Origin: the human T2T-CHM13v2.0 reference genome, Homo sapiens
DNA length: 64,000 nt
Strand: one strand, 5' to 3'
Assembly: GCF_009914755.1 (NCBI RefSeq)
Contig: NC_060929.1
The position numbers and the translations under genes are program-made. This document shows, one piece after another, positions 50,793 through 64,000 of this stretch. How positions within the stretch are numbered: position 1 is the stretch's first letter; every line of letters starts with the position of its first letter. The notes under the pieces are model-generated. The model worked only from the letters and a program-made list of their open reading frames with translations, searched no databases and was not told the DNA's origin.

Positions 50793-51243
50793 ATCTTTAC
50801 CACACTAGGAATTATTTTCTTCCCTTTCTAAATTTTCAAAACATTACAAAAAATTTAAAACGGAAAAGCACAGAAAATGACAACATAAACCTCCATGTAC
50901 TTATTTAACACCTAAATTTAACATTAACAAGTTGCAAATTTCTTTTACAGAGAAAATCATAATATTGTAACAGATTACAGATACTGTTGAAACCTCTTCC
51001 TATGCCTTCCTTCCCAAAGGTAATGACTATACAGACGTTTGTGTTTATTCTTTCCATACATTATTTTTATAGTTTTATTACATATATGGTTATTGGAAAA
51101 CAATATATACAATTACTTGGTGTGCTATTAAAATTTAAATACAAAGTATATATTCTACATACTTTTTTTCGCAACTTTTCCACTTAATTACATTATTAAA
51201 ATTTATTCAGGGACATATATAAGTAATTCATTTATTTTAGTAA

Positions 51244-51695
<452 letters not shown>

Positions 51696-51974
51696 TGCCC
51701 TCCAGTTTTTCTCTCCCCACACCAGGGAGCACCTTTCTGAGAGTTTCTTTTTACCCTTTTTCAACTAGGATTCTGGAAGAGAATTAAGCCCTACTGTTCT
51801 AAAGCAATCATCATATATATCAATTATTTCCTATGCATCTAGAATGGAACTAGCTATGCATCCTGAGAAAATTGAGAAGGTAGTTGCTCAAATTATTTTC
51901 TGTAGGGCTTAGTTTTTTAATGGAATTCCAATTTAGAAGGGATATACACAAGGAGGAGAAATACTAGGTTATAG

Positions 51975-52050
51975 ATTATGTATTTGTGAACTATATAAAA
52001 TTGCCAATATCTAACCACTTTTGACCTACAAATATGGCAGTTTCATATGG
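51975..52050. mobile_element. MADE2 (mariner-derived MITE)
   Basis: GAACTATATAAAATTGCCA...TGGCAGTTTCATATGGGTC inverted termini around TTTTGACCTACAAA. Confidence 0.8.
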
Positions 52051-53858
52051 GTCATTTTACATGTCTTTAACTTTGAAACATGTTGCTTACCCAATATTTA
52101 TGAAATGGTATTTCATTGTTGTTTTAATTTGTATTTACTGGATTACAAGGAAGTTTATATTTCTTTATATGCTTAGTGACAATTTGGCTTTCCTTTTCTG
52201 TTAGTAGTCTTTGCTCATTTTTCAAATGGGTCTCTTGTCTTTATATATAATATATGTGTATGATAGTAAATACCTTGTCATTGTCTTTCAGTTGTTTGTT
52301 AAAAATTTATGTATACTACTAGTTTATACAGATAACTACATTTCTCTATAGTCAAAATGGTTTACCCTTATATGTTTTTTCTTTCTGTTTCTTATTTAAG
52401 AACTCTTTCGCTATCTTGAGGTCTAAAATATATTTTCTATATTTCTTCTAAAAGTTTCAAAGTTAGTTTTTTCACATTTGGGTTCTTAAGCTATTGGCTT
52501 TAATTTTAAGTGGATAAAGTAGGGTTCTAACTGTTTTCAAATGGATAACTAATTATCTTCATATTATTTATTGAATAGCTATTCTTCCCTCTGACTTACA
52601 GTGCTACACGAGGGATCCACTCAGTTCTCATATGTATGTATACCTTTCTCAGCTCTCTATTCTGGTTTCATTCATTTCATTGTATGCGCCGATATCTAAC
52701 GATTATATTTAGCTGAGTTGTACTAGTATAGCCCTATTAATTATTAAGATAATACAAAACTTCTGTACAGATAGTGACTTTTTTTGATAAAATGTCACTA
52801 TTCTGACACCTCTGAGTCTCCTCTGCTTCTCTCTCCATTTCCCCAACTGTCCCTCTGCCCATCTCCTCGAACCCATCCATGATCTAGAAATTAAAGGATT
52901 AACATTCAGCATTCATGGGGGATTATGAGACCAGTGCTAATGCCTTTCTGCCTGATTAGTGCTGTTTATATATTGGGAATAATTCCTCACACTTCATTGT
53001 TGTTCTTCAAAATTCTCATAAATCTTCTTTGTTCTTCTGTTTCTAAGATACATTTCTCAAGTAAATTTCACCCAAAAAGTCTATTGAAATTTAAAAAAAT
53101 ACAGCTTATTATTTGAATGGCAATTGAAAATTGAAATCCTAAATTTCTAGTTCGGTGTATGTCTCTTCAGTCTGTTTAAATCTATATGTCTCCTCTCCCC
53201 CACTCTTTTTTTTATCCCTTATAATTTATTTATTTACTTGAACCAGATTGTGTGTACTGCTCTGTTTCTCTCAAAACACCGTGTGATATTTCCCATATGC
53301 ATTTTCAAGGTATTCTTTAACATGTTCCTGTGGCCCTTGCATTTCCTATAAATTGCTAATTAGATCTAGGTGACTGATCAGATTTAGGTTGATTCTTTTT
53401 TCAGTTGCATTGCACCATCAAAGACAGCATTATATACTTTAGTCAAGAAACACAGAATGGTTGTTATATCTCTGTGTAGTGTCAGAATCCTTTGATGATC
53501 ATTGCCTGAATCCATTAATACAATAGAGGCTGAAAAATGGTGATATTCTAATTGTATCATTCCTTGTTCATTTACTATCTGGAGTATATCTCCATGGAGA
53601 ACTTTCCTTTATCAACTATTTAATTACCCTGAGTTAAAATTTGTAGAGGAGAGGCAAGATCAGTTATTGATTTTCCCCTTTAGCAGTTTCCAAAACATTG
53701 GGTTAGTTATCTTGTATTCTCCAAAGATGATATTTAGCATCATTCTAAACTCATTAATTTAAACTCAAACATATTTGATGTGTCTCAATCCATTCTAATT
53801 TATTGTTATCATTGCTATCTAAACTGTTCCATTTTTGAGCAATCATGAAGGTTCTACC

Positions 53859-55266
53859 TAGGGCTGGCTTCTTGTATGTTTGACCTGTGCAGTCTCACAG
53901 GGCCTCACATTTGTGGGGACCCTGTATTAGTTTTCTGTGTCTGCCATGACAAGTTACTACAAACTGGGTTGCTTACAGCAACAAAAATTTATTTCTCACA
54001 GTTCTGGAGACCAGAAGTCCAAAATCAAGGTGGTGGCAGGGCTGTGCTTCCTGTGAAAGCTTCAAAGGAAAATTTTTCTTTACTTCTTCCAGCTTCTGGT
54101 GGCTCTGTGTGTTTCTTGCCTTCTGGCTGCATAATTCCAATATCTGCCTCTGTCTTCACACAGCCTTGTCCTCTTCTCCCTGTGTGTCTTTTCTCTGTAT
54201 GTCTCCTATAAAGACCCGGTTTAGTGGCCACCTGGATAATCCAGGATAATCTCATCTCAAGCTCTTTAACTTAATAAGGCCATGTTTGCATGTTCTGGGG
54301 GTCAGGACATAGATACATCATTTTTAGGGTCCCGTTCAACCACAGGCACATGCTTGGTTAATGCTTTGCTGTTTCTGTCATTAAATTCTTAATCGAGTTA
54401 TTTTTGAACTTGTGTTTTCTAAGTGAAGTCTTGATGGGACAATGGAGCACACATTTGCACAGAAGACATACTGTGTCTACTGTTCCTTGCTGCCACATTT
54501 GCATGTAGTGTTCATAATGCCATGAGCACTGAATTCTGGTAGAAAAATGTGTGGGAGTTTAGTGAAACACAGAGTAAATGCAAGGTAGGTACCTAAGGCC
54601 CATGACTAAGTAGGGCACTGACTTTCCTGAGAAGCCATACTTTCCACTCAAACAAGAATTCGCTTCTAATGCACAGAGAAGGCATTAGCATTCTAAGAAA
54701 GATGAACAACCATTTTTTTTAAGTTACTTCCCTGTACTATCAAAAGATTTACAACAATGACAAAATGATGACTTAGAAGGTAAGGGAAACAGGGCAACTC
54801 ATAGTTGCTTTCCTTCAGTTATTCTTTACTCATCAGTAAGCCAAAGGTAGAGTGTTGATAGAAGGTGCTCATTGTCAATAAGTAAAATAATAGAAGAGTT
54901 AATTTTGTGCAGTGTTTACATTGTTCTAGTAAGAATGAAGTACATTTGAATGTACCAGCTAGGAAATACAAATTGTGTAATTTCAGTAATTCTGCATATG
55001 AGTTAAATGATTTTCTATTTGCATTTTGAAATGAAATTATACAATATAAAGAAGAATGGCACAATCTATGGTAATAATTCAAAATTTTAATTTTTCATTT
55101 TTATAATGATGTTTAATAGCAAATAAGAATCATAATGACAAGTCAAGAGACATACTGCAGAAGGAAAAAAATGCTTATAGTGCCTTTAATTGCAAATATC
55201 CCCCTGTGTTTTGAACAAGGAACTCCATAATTTTATTTTGCCCTGAAAATTATGTAATTGGCCCTG
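53859..55266 (+). mobile_element. MER45B/C-like hAT-Tip100 element (about 1 kb net), split by MLT1C
   Basis: 5' end AGGGCTGGCTTC..GACCTGTGCAGTCTCACAGGGCC resumes at GCTTGGTTAATGCTTTGCTGT. 3' end TTGAACAAGG..AAATTATGTAATTGGCCCTG. Confidence 0.8.
53923..54345 (-). mobile_element. MLT1C LTR nested in MER45
   Basis: TGTATTAGTTTTCT..AAATTTATTTCTCACAGTTCTGGAG..CAAAATCAAGGTG..CTTCCAGCTTCTGGTGGCT..GATAATCCAGGATAATCTC. Confidence 0.9.
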
Positions 55267-55497
55267 GATCCCTCCTTGGACAATCATGATGGCTCTTGAG
55301 TCCTTTAGATAGAACCCTAGTTGTCATCAGTAGCTTTGTGGGTGTCTGTTATGACAAGTTGTTCTAGGTTCATCTTGGAAATTTCTGTCCCAGACTTGAA
55401 AACCTACATTTTTCCAAGAGGTCCTGGGTCCATTTAGTTGAAATTAGTATTTTGAGACCATAGTCTGGAAACTAGAGGTATTGATTCCTATCTTTTG

Positions 55498-55846
55498 TGT
55501 TACGGACTGAATGTGTCTCCCAAAAATTCATATGTTGAATTCCTAACCCCTAATATAATTGTATTAGGAAGTGAGGTATAGGAGGCAATCATGTCATTAG
55601 GGTGCAGCCCTCATGAATGGGATTAGTGTTCTTAGAAGAAGAAACATGAGAGAGATTATTTTTTTCTCTCAGCCATGTGAGTACACCACGAAAAGATGGC
55701 CTTCTGCAAACCAGGAGGAGTGTCCTCACCAGACAGCAGGTCTTCTGGTGCCTTGATCTTGGACTCCTCAGCCTCCAGAACTGTGAGAAATAAATTTCTG
55801 TTCTTTCAGCCATCCAGTCGCTGGTATTCTATAATAGCAGCCCGAA
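55498..55846 (+). mobile_element. MLT1A-type LTR
   Basis: TGTTACGGACTGAATGTGTCTCCCAAAAATTCATATGTTGAA...CAGCCTCCAGAACTGTGAGAAATAAATTTCTG. Confidence 0.9.
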
Positions 55847-56181
55847 AATTTGGTTATTATTTCTAGATCCTTTCAATAAAGAGTACTAAGAAATGATTCT
55901 TTTCTTTTTTTCTTCTTATTGAAGTAGAACATGACAGATAAATATGCACAAAACTTAAGCATACTGCTCGGGAAATTTTCACAGTCTCTCAGACCAGAAA
56001 ACAGAGTATGACTAACACTCAGAAGCCCCCTCTTGTCCACTTCCAGTCACTGTCCTCCACTAAATGTATTAAACTGACTTTTAATGCCAGAGATCAATTT
56101 TGTCTACTTTTGGACTTTATATAAATGGAATGATACATTATACTATTTTTGGGTCTAGCTGCTTTTGCTCAACACTATGAG

Positions 56182-56183
<2 letters not shown>

Positions 56184-56216
<33 letters not shown>
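56184..56216. repeat. (TAA)11 microsatellite
   Basis: Read directly. Confidence 0.97.
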
Positions 56217-56217
<1 letters not shown>

Positions 56218-57133
56218 CTACTAGCATGCATTTACTAATAGTTGAAGTTTATTCATTCTCATGGCTACCTAGTATTTAATTCTATGACAACATCAAAACG
56301 TCTACTTATTTTATTCTTGATGGACATTTACATTATTTCCAGTTTTTGGCTATTATAAGCAGTGCTGCTGGGAACATTCTTTACCAGTCTTTTAGTGAAT
56401 TTATGTACGTATTTATATTGGGTATATAATTAGGTGTGCAATTGTTAGGTATGGAGATGTTCAGCTTTCATAAATACTGCCAAACTGATTTCTAAAATGA
56501 TTAGAGCATTTAGGCTCCTACTAGCACATACGAGAGGACAAGTTGCTCCACATATTTGCTAATACTTGGCACACATTTGCCAATACATGGTACATTTTAC
56601 CCACTCTAATGGGTTTCTAATGATATCACATTGTGGTTAATAAATTACACTTCACTGGTGATGAAAAAAAGGGTATCTTTTCATATGTTTATTAAATATT
56701 TGGCTATTCTCTTGTAAAGTGCCTGTTCATGTCTTGTATTTATATATATCTACTTTTTTATTTGTAGCAGTTTTTATTTCTGATATAAATCTTTTGTTGA
56801 ATGTGTGAGTGTGTATAGTATACATATTTAAATTATATTTTCCCATTTTGTGGGTTGTTTTCATTTTCTGGGTGGTGTATTTTGATAAATAGAAGTATTT
56901 ACTTTAAAGATAGCCAGACTTATTATTTTTTGTTTCTCTAGGAGTACTGCCTTTTGTGTTCCACTTTAAGAAATCCTTGGTTACTCAAAGGTCATGAATG
57001 TACATTCTATGCTTTCTTAAAAATCTTTGCTTATTTTTCACATTTTGATCTGCAGTCCATCTGGAATATTTTTGTGTATGGTAAGAGAGCTCTAGATTCA
57101 TGTTTTGGTGTGGATTAAATGACCCTGGCATAA

Positions 57134-58415
57134 TTTTTTAAATAGATTTTCTTGTGTATATTTAAGGTATATCACATATTACGAGATACATATATACATA
57201 TAGTAAAATGGTTACTGTACTGAAAAAATTGCACATGTCCATCATCTCACATAATTACTATTTTCTTTCCCCTTATGGCAAGAGTAGCAATAATCTACTC
57301 ATTCCACAAAAATCCTAGAAATAATACACTATTATTAACTGTAGTCTTCATGTTGTATGTTGGAACTTTAGACTTGTTCATCCTACATATCTGCTACTTT
57401 AATGTCCTTTGATCTACGTATCCCCATTTCCTGCTCCCTCTGCCCAGCACTGGTAACCAGTGTTTTGTTTCCTCTATCTCTGTGCATTTAACTCTTAATT
57501 TAGAGTCCACATGTGAGATAATACAATATTTTTCTTTCTGTTTCTGGCTTATTTCACTTAGCACAATGTCCTCCTGTTTCATCCATGTCGTGACAAATGG
57601 CAAGATCTCCTCTTTTTAAAGGCTGAATGATATTCCATTTACTATCTATATATACACCAGTTTCTTTATCCATTCATCCATCAACCGACGCTTAGGTTAT
57701 TTCCGTCTTGGCTATTGTGAACAATGCTGCAATGAACATTGGCATGAACTGCAATGAACATTCCAAATACCTTTACAAGATGGTAATTTCATTTCTTTTG
57801 AGGGACTGCTGGATCATGTAATAATTCTATTTTTAATTTCTTTAGGAACCTCCATTCTGTTTTCCATAATCTCAGAACCATTCTAAATTCCCATAGGGTA
57901 CAAAGTTTCCTTGTCTCCATACCCTTGCTAACACTTGCTACATCTTCTCTTTTGATAATAGCTATCTTAACTGGTGTGAAGTGATATCTTACAGTGGTTT
58001 TGAATTGTATCTCTCTAATTTTTTGGTGATGTTGAACATCCTTTTATATATCTGTTGGCCATTTAAATGTCTTCTTTGGAAAAATGTCCATTTATATCCT
58101 TTGCCTATTTTTGAACTAGCTTACATGTTTTCTTGCTATTGAGTTGTATGCGTTCTTTACATGTTTTGGTTATTAAACCTTTATCAATTTTATGGTGTGC
58201 TAATATTTTTTCCAGATTCATAGGTTGCCTTTTCATTTTGTTAATTGTTGCCTTTGCTGTGAAGAAGGTTTTCAGTTTGATGTAGCTTCACTTCTTGATT
58301 TTTTTGTGTGTTGCAGTCTGAGCTTCTGGCGTGATATTCAAGAAATCAGTGCCAAGGCCAGTATCAAGGAACATTTTTCCTATGTTTTCTTCTGGGAGTT
58401 TTATAATTTCAGGTC
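57134..58415 (-). mobile_element. L1MA (MA8/9-like) 3' 1.3 kb nested in the older L1M
   Basis: TGTATATTTAAGGTAT; CCATCATCTCACATAATTAC; CTATTATTAACTGTAGTC. ORF 58288-58476 (IKLPEENIGKMFLDTGLG) is an L1 ORF2 remnant. Confidence 0.88.
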
Positions 58416-58996
58416 CAGCACAGTATTTTGATAGATAATTCTTTCTCCTTGCACTTTTTTGAAGTGTCATGTTCAAAAATAATGTCAGTGAATGTGTGTG
58501 GACTACTTATAGAATTTATTCTATTCCACTGTTTATAGATAATAACAATTGTCTTTAGTATCTTGAAGTCTATGTTCCTCAGTGTTCATCTTCTTCAGGA
58601 TTGCCTTGGTATTGCCAAGGTTCTTTGCATTTTCATATGTATTAAAGAATTTACATGAAATGTAGAATTTTAGAAGCCTGTTAATTTGAACAACATACTG
58701 GAATTTTGTTTGAGAATGTTTTGGATCTGCAGAATAATTTTGAGATCATTGAGGCAAATTCACAAGGCTGCTTTAATAAATCACAATAAATCAGGCTTGT
58801 GAGTTTGTCACATGATAAACCTGTCCATTTACTCAGTCCTTTAATTTATGTTAATATTATTCATAGATTTTAGTGTAGTGGTCTTCTCAATTTTTGTTAA
58901 ATATAATCTCAGGTATTTGATATATTTTAGTACAATAAATAGTATTGTTTGTAAAATTTCATTTTCACTTATTCACTGTTAAATATTAAGGCAGGT

Positions 58997-59446
58997 TGTC
59001 AAGCAGTTACTAAGATTTGCTTGTCATGTTTCCAAAAATTCTATCAGTAAGAAAGAGCTGGAACGGGTGTGGACAATTTATTACTCATGGCACAACATGT
59101 TTGCGTCAGTTTCACTTGCCCCAAAGTTTCATCGGGGTCATACAGAGTGGGCCCAGGAGGATGGTGCCCAAAAGGTTTATGTTGCATCTGAGGAACACTA
59201 AACATTAGAAACTTCTTCGAAGAGGCTACTGGAAACCTGGCCATTCTCCCCACAGGAGATACAGAGATTAGGTTTATTATCCAGGTATGCAAACAAATGG
59301 CTCCAGAGAGAGAAGTCTCTAAATCTTTCCAGAACCATACTTTATTTCTTGCTTCTGGAGTATTTACTATTCAAATTTACCTTCTTGCTCAGACAGACAG
59401 GACTGTGCAGAGATATGAACATACTCTGGAAGATTTTCTTCTGACT
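58997..59446 (-). mobile_element. ERVL-type solo LTR (LTR40-related; family uncertain)
   Basis: GC-richer island inside the L1. The minus strand ends CTTGACA and has TGAGTAATAAA about 80 bp from the end, as in LTR40-like LTRs. Confidence 0.55.
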
Positions 59447-61063
59447 TATATGAATTTACCTAAGAATCCTAATTGTTAGTAGATTTTCAGTTGATTAATT
59501 AATTAAATTTTCTACATACACAATTATGTCTTCTGTTAAGAATGTCAGTTTTACGTTTCCATTTCCAATCTTTAAACCTTTGGTTTTATCTTCTTGCCTC
59601 ACTGCACTTTTTGGAACCTCCAATCAATGTTACATAGAAATGATGATACTGTATCTCCTGGCTTATTTCCCACCTTAGGGAGAATGTGTTCATTGTTTAT
59701 AACATTAGACATTCATAAATAACCCATATCAGATTTAAAATGTTCTTTTTTTTTTCTAATTTGCTGAGAATTTTTGAAAGACAAAACGTGGGTGTTGAAT
59801 TTTTGTCAAATTCCTTTCTTGCATCTGAGAGATTGTTATATGACATTTCTACTTTTTTGTTATTAATATGGTAAATTGTACTGATACACTTTTGAATGTC
59901 AAATCACCTCTGCCTATCTGAAGTAAACTCCATTTGGCTGTGATGTTCTGTCTTCTTTATGTGTTTCTGAACAGGATTTTCTAATATTCTGTTTGAGATT
60001 TTTGCATCTATGCTCATTAGAGAATAAGGTCTGTAATTTTCCATTCTTGTAATGTCCTTGTCAGGTATTGAAATCAGAGCTAGACTGTACTCAGATGATG
60101 AATTTGAAAACATTTATTATTTCTTCTCTCTGGAAGTGTTTGTATAAGAGTCATGTTAACTCTTAAATGTTTGTAATAATTCACCTATGAACCCATCCAG
60201 ACTTACGGTATTCTTTGTGTGAGGTGCTTTTACAAATGAATTCAGTTTCTTTAATAGATACAAATTATTTAGAATTCCTTTTTTTAAGTTTTGATCAGTT
60301 ATCTTTTTCAAGGAAAATGTTCATTTTATCTAATTTTCAAGTTCACTGAATTTTGAACTGTGTTTTACTATGTTCTTTCAATTTCCTTTGGGGTTGATTT
60401 GCAGTATTTAGCTTCTTGAATTAAAAATCAGATTGTTAATTTTTTTTAGCTTTTTAAATCTAGTATATCTTTTAATGATTATAAGTTATTTGATGACTGT
60501 TTTAGCTACATTCTACATGTTTAAAATTTTGATGTCATGTCTTCATTATCATTTAAAGTCTATTCTGCTACTTTTTGTGATTTCTTCTTGATTTATGGAT
60601 ATTTACAAATATCCTGCTTAGTTTTCAAGCAATGGAGGATTTTTCTAGTTAACTTTGTTTGATTTATTTTTAGCTTTTTGATTTATTTGTAGCTTGATAA
60701 TTATTGTCAGAAAAATGTGCTGAAATTATTTAAATCCATCAAAATTTGTTGAGATTTGCTTTATGGAGTAGCATAGGGTCATTTTTTTTTAAGTATCCCA
60801 TATGCACTTCAAAGATTATGTATTTAAATGCAATGATCTACATATGTCAATTAAGTTAGTTTTAGTAATTGTGTTGCTCAAGTCTTTAGTATCTACTGAT
60901 TTTTAAAATCTTGTTTTATCAGCTATTAAGATTACAGAATGATCTATTTCTCATTTTTGTAGATTTTTCCATGATATATTTTAAAGAAATGTTGTTGATG
61001 AATGCAGATTTAGAACTATTATATCTTTCTGGTGGATTGACAAATTTATTTTTATAAAATACA

Positions 61064-61420
61064 TGATATGGTTTGGCTGTGTCCCCACCCAAATCTCATC
61101 TTGAATTGTAATCCCTACATGTCAGGGGAGGGGCCTGGTGGGAGGTGATTGGATCACGGGAGCAGTTTCCCAGGTGCTGTTCCACTGGTAGTGAGTGAGT
61201 TCTCCTGAGATCTGATGTTTTAATAGTGTGGCACTTCCCCGCTGTCTCTCTCTTGCTGTCTTGTGAAGAAGATGCTTGCTTCTCCTTTGCAATCCACCAT
61301 GATTGTAAGTTTCCCGAGGCCTCCCCAGCCATGCAGAACTGAGTCAATTAAACCTCTTTTCTTTATAAATTGCCCAGTCTCAGGTAGTTTTTTATAGCAG
61401 TGTGAAAATGGACTAATACA
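61064..61420 (+). mobile_element. THE1D-type solo LTR, complete
   Basis: TGATATGGTTTGGCTGTGTCCCCACCCAAATCTC...GACTAATACA; perfect TSD ATACA at 61059-61063 and 61421-61425. Confidence 0.95.
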
Positions 61421-62478
61421 ATACACCTTTAATATCTAATAATGTTCATGCTTTAAAATTTTCTTTGTCTAACTCTGTGTCTATCTTTCTATGGTGTATC
61501 TTTTGTGATCTTAATGCTTTCTCTGTTTTTATATTTTAAATTTGTCTCTTAAAGAAACTTACAGTTAACTACTGTTTTTAAAGAAATATTAGATAATAAT
61601 TTTAGTCTTTTAATGGTAATATTTAAGCCTTTTTTATTTTTATAATTATATATAAATATATATTTGTATTGTTATTTTATTTATTTTTTATTTTCCCTTC
61701 CTCTTTTATGCTCCTTTTGATTTTTACCTCCTTTTATTAAATTAATTAAATATATTTTTATTTTTTCATCCTCTATATAGTTTATGTTCTTTTTCAATTC
61801 CTAGAAGTTACAGCATGCATCTTTGTCATAATATAAGCTAATATTAACTATTACTTTACTACTTCCTGAAAATTCTAGAACTTTGAAACACTTTAATTGA
61901 CCATTTTCTGCCTCTTGCATAATTTTTATTGTTCCTTTTAAATGTAGATATATATTAAATCCTATAAAATTTTTTTTATTCAATAGAAATTTATATTTAC
62001 CCACATTTTTACTTTTTCTATTGCTCTTGCTTCAATTTCCTGCATTTATGTGGTTACATGTGTCTGACAAATTCTTTGAACTTTTAAAATTACAGGCCTA
62101 CTAGCAATATATTTTTATTTATAATAAAATGCACTTATTTTGCCTTCACTTTTGAATATTTTTTCTAGACATGAAATTTTAGACTGGTAGATTTTTTTTT
62201 TAGTACTTTAAAGATATCACTCCTTTATTTTCTGGTTTTCATCATTTCTGTTCAAAATTAACTTTAATATTTTGTTAGCTTCTTTGAAGATAAAGTTTTC
62301 TTTTAGCCGATTAGTTAGTAGTTTGTCTTTGGTTTCAGCACATTTTAAAATAATTAGTCCTGGGCTTTTTTTTTTTTTTTGAAATTTTTTTTTCAAAAAA
62401 ACTTTAGTTCTCTCCTCCTAAATCTAAGGTACAGATATGCTCCTTGAACTTTTTGGAAGATAGAAGCTTAAATCTCTG

Positions 62479-62788
<310 letters not shown>

Positions 62789-62966
62789 CTTAAATCTCTG
62801 AATTTAGTGCTAATTTGTGAATAGATTTTAAAACTTTTAATTTAATGTATTTAATTGTAAGATAAAACATTTTTCACTTAGGCGTTAGTTCTGGTAATAT
62901 CTATTTTTCTACAAAATTATTAATTTCATTTGAATTTTCAGATTTATTGCCAAAAGTATTTTTAGT

Positions 62967-63062
62967 ATTCTTTCCTTCCTTCCTTCGTTCCTTTCTTCCT
63001 TTCATCCTTTCTTTTTTTCCTCTCTCAGTATCTTCCTTCTTTTCCTTGTTTTCCTTTATTCT
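62967..63062. repeat. Degenerate (TTCC)n / CT-rich tract
   Basis: Read directly. Confidence 0.85.
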
Positions 63063-64000
63063 ACGTTAGTGATAGGATTGTAATTTTAACATGTATTTTA
63101 TAAAGAATTTCTGTAAATTAATTTTGGAAGGGAAGACCATGTGACTTTAGTAATGTAGCAATGATATAACCGACAATAATCACGTTGCCCAAAAGGCAGA
63201 TGCAGACAGATCCATGAGGAAATTTTTACACTATCAAGAAACAAAACAGATAGTTAGTAGATTACTTCCCTGAGGCAACCAGACTCCCTTTTTGTGGAAT
63301 GGTGGTGGTGTATAACTTATTTATTTTCCTATCCTAATTTGTTTTAATTTCTCTAAATTTTAGTCCATGTTTGTTTTCATCCATTTTCCTTTTCCCTCAT
63401 TTTTGGGGAGAATGCAAGACCCTTGTTAGATCACCTGCCATTATAGAAGAAAGAATTCAGTTTTGAACATTTTGATAAATGAAGTAAGAACAATAAATAT
63501 GCCAAGATTAAAAAACCCATAAATATGTGTCACTCAAACAGATGTACACTATAGAGTTGCCATAGCCCTTTTCCAGTCTATTGTAGTATTTTTAGCAGTT
63601 TCTCCTTTAGTTTGAACAACTCCTCTATGTTTGCAGATGAGAATTTATCTGTTTTGGAGCTGATTGTGGGCTGAGGCATACAGACAAGTGATCTAGCGAT
63701 TATTTTCCTTGGCTATGCCATCCTTAACAAATCTTGCTCTCATAATGATGCAGAAATAATTTCTTTCAATAACCATTTAAGGATTACTATATTACCAGAA
63801 GGTGGGGTAATATATTTTGGTTTGGTTCCTCCTCCTTTAGGCAGAAAGCTATGGATATTTCAAGGCTTATCTCTTTTCTTTCTCTTCTTTCAGGAATTCC
63901 ATTCTGAGGCTGCTTATTGTCCAATGTCTGCATATAATTGCTTCATATATTTTGTTCACTTTCCCAGTTGTTTATAGAGAAAGGCAAATCTGATGTCAGC

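Larger units (their letters stand above)
53200..55900 (-). mobile_element. L1MC-type 3' region hosting MER45 and MLT1 insertions
   Basis: TTAGATCTAG..TGATCAGATTTAGGTT; AAATGGTGATATTCTAATT; after 55267 GAGTCCTTT..CCCTAGT; TTTTGAGACCATAGTCTGG. Confidence 0.7.
55910..62400 (-). mobile_element. Long ancient L1M (3' UTR, through ORF2, to ORF1 region), fragmented by younger insertions
   Basis: 3' UTR motifs near 56000-56400. ORF 59904-60113 (DKDITRMENYRPYSLMSIDAKISNRILEN) matches the L1 ORF2 motif [22 protein letters not shown]. ORF1-region motifs near 62130-62300. Confidence 0.8.

Noticed and set aside
57394-60113. Reverse-transcriptase-associated peptides suggesting an active retroelement or retron-like system
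   Set aside because: Short decayed L1 ORF2 fragments from two different dead elements; no intact ORF
56548-60700. Short 20-22 bp tandem duplications (about 56550, 57727, 60658) resembling repeat-spacer units
   Set aside because: Two copies each, unrelated to one another, inside L1 fossils; slippage products, not CRISPR-like arrays

Overview
This is primate genomic DNA, almost certainly human: it carries a near-consensus AluYa5, a human-lineage subfamily. The window is AT-rich and CpG-poor, and looks intergenic or deep-intronic. I find no credible protein-coding exon, structural RNA gene, CpG island or CRISPR-like array. The supplied ORFs are chance frames or remnants of repeats (MaLR internal ORF, L1 ORF2, Tigger transposase, antisense Alu). 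Roughly half of the window is recognisable interspersed repeat: a THE1 provirus-like element, solo THE1/MLT1/ERVL LTRs, L1PA/MA/MB/MC/ME, L2, L3/CR1, MIR, Alu/FLAM and DNA transposon fossils (Tigger15-like, MER5A, MER45, MER94, MER102, MADE2). A deeply nested L1 cluster occupies about 50.8-64 kb. I found no previously undescribed biological system. The best leads are modest: a very young, possibly polymorphic AluYa5, two atypical insertion junctions, a double hairpin at an L2 boundary and a few candidate enhancer motif clusters. Repeat families were assigned from memory of consensus sequences, and boundaries of old elements are approximate.
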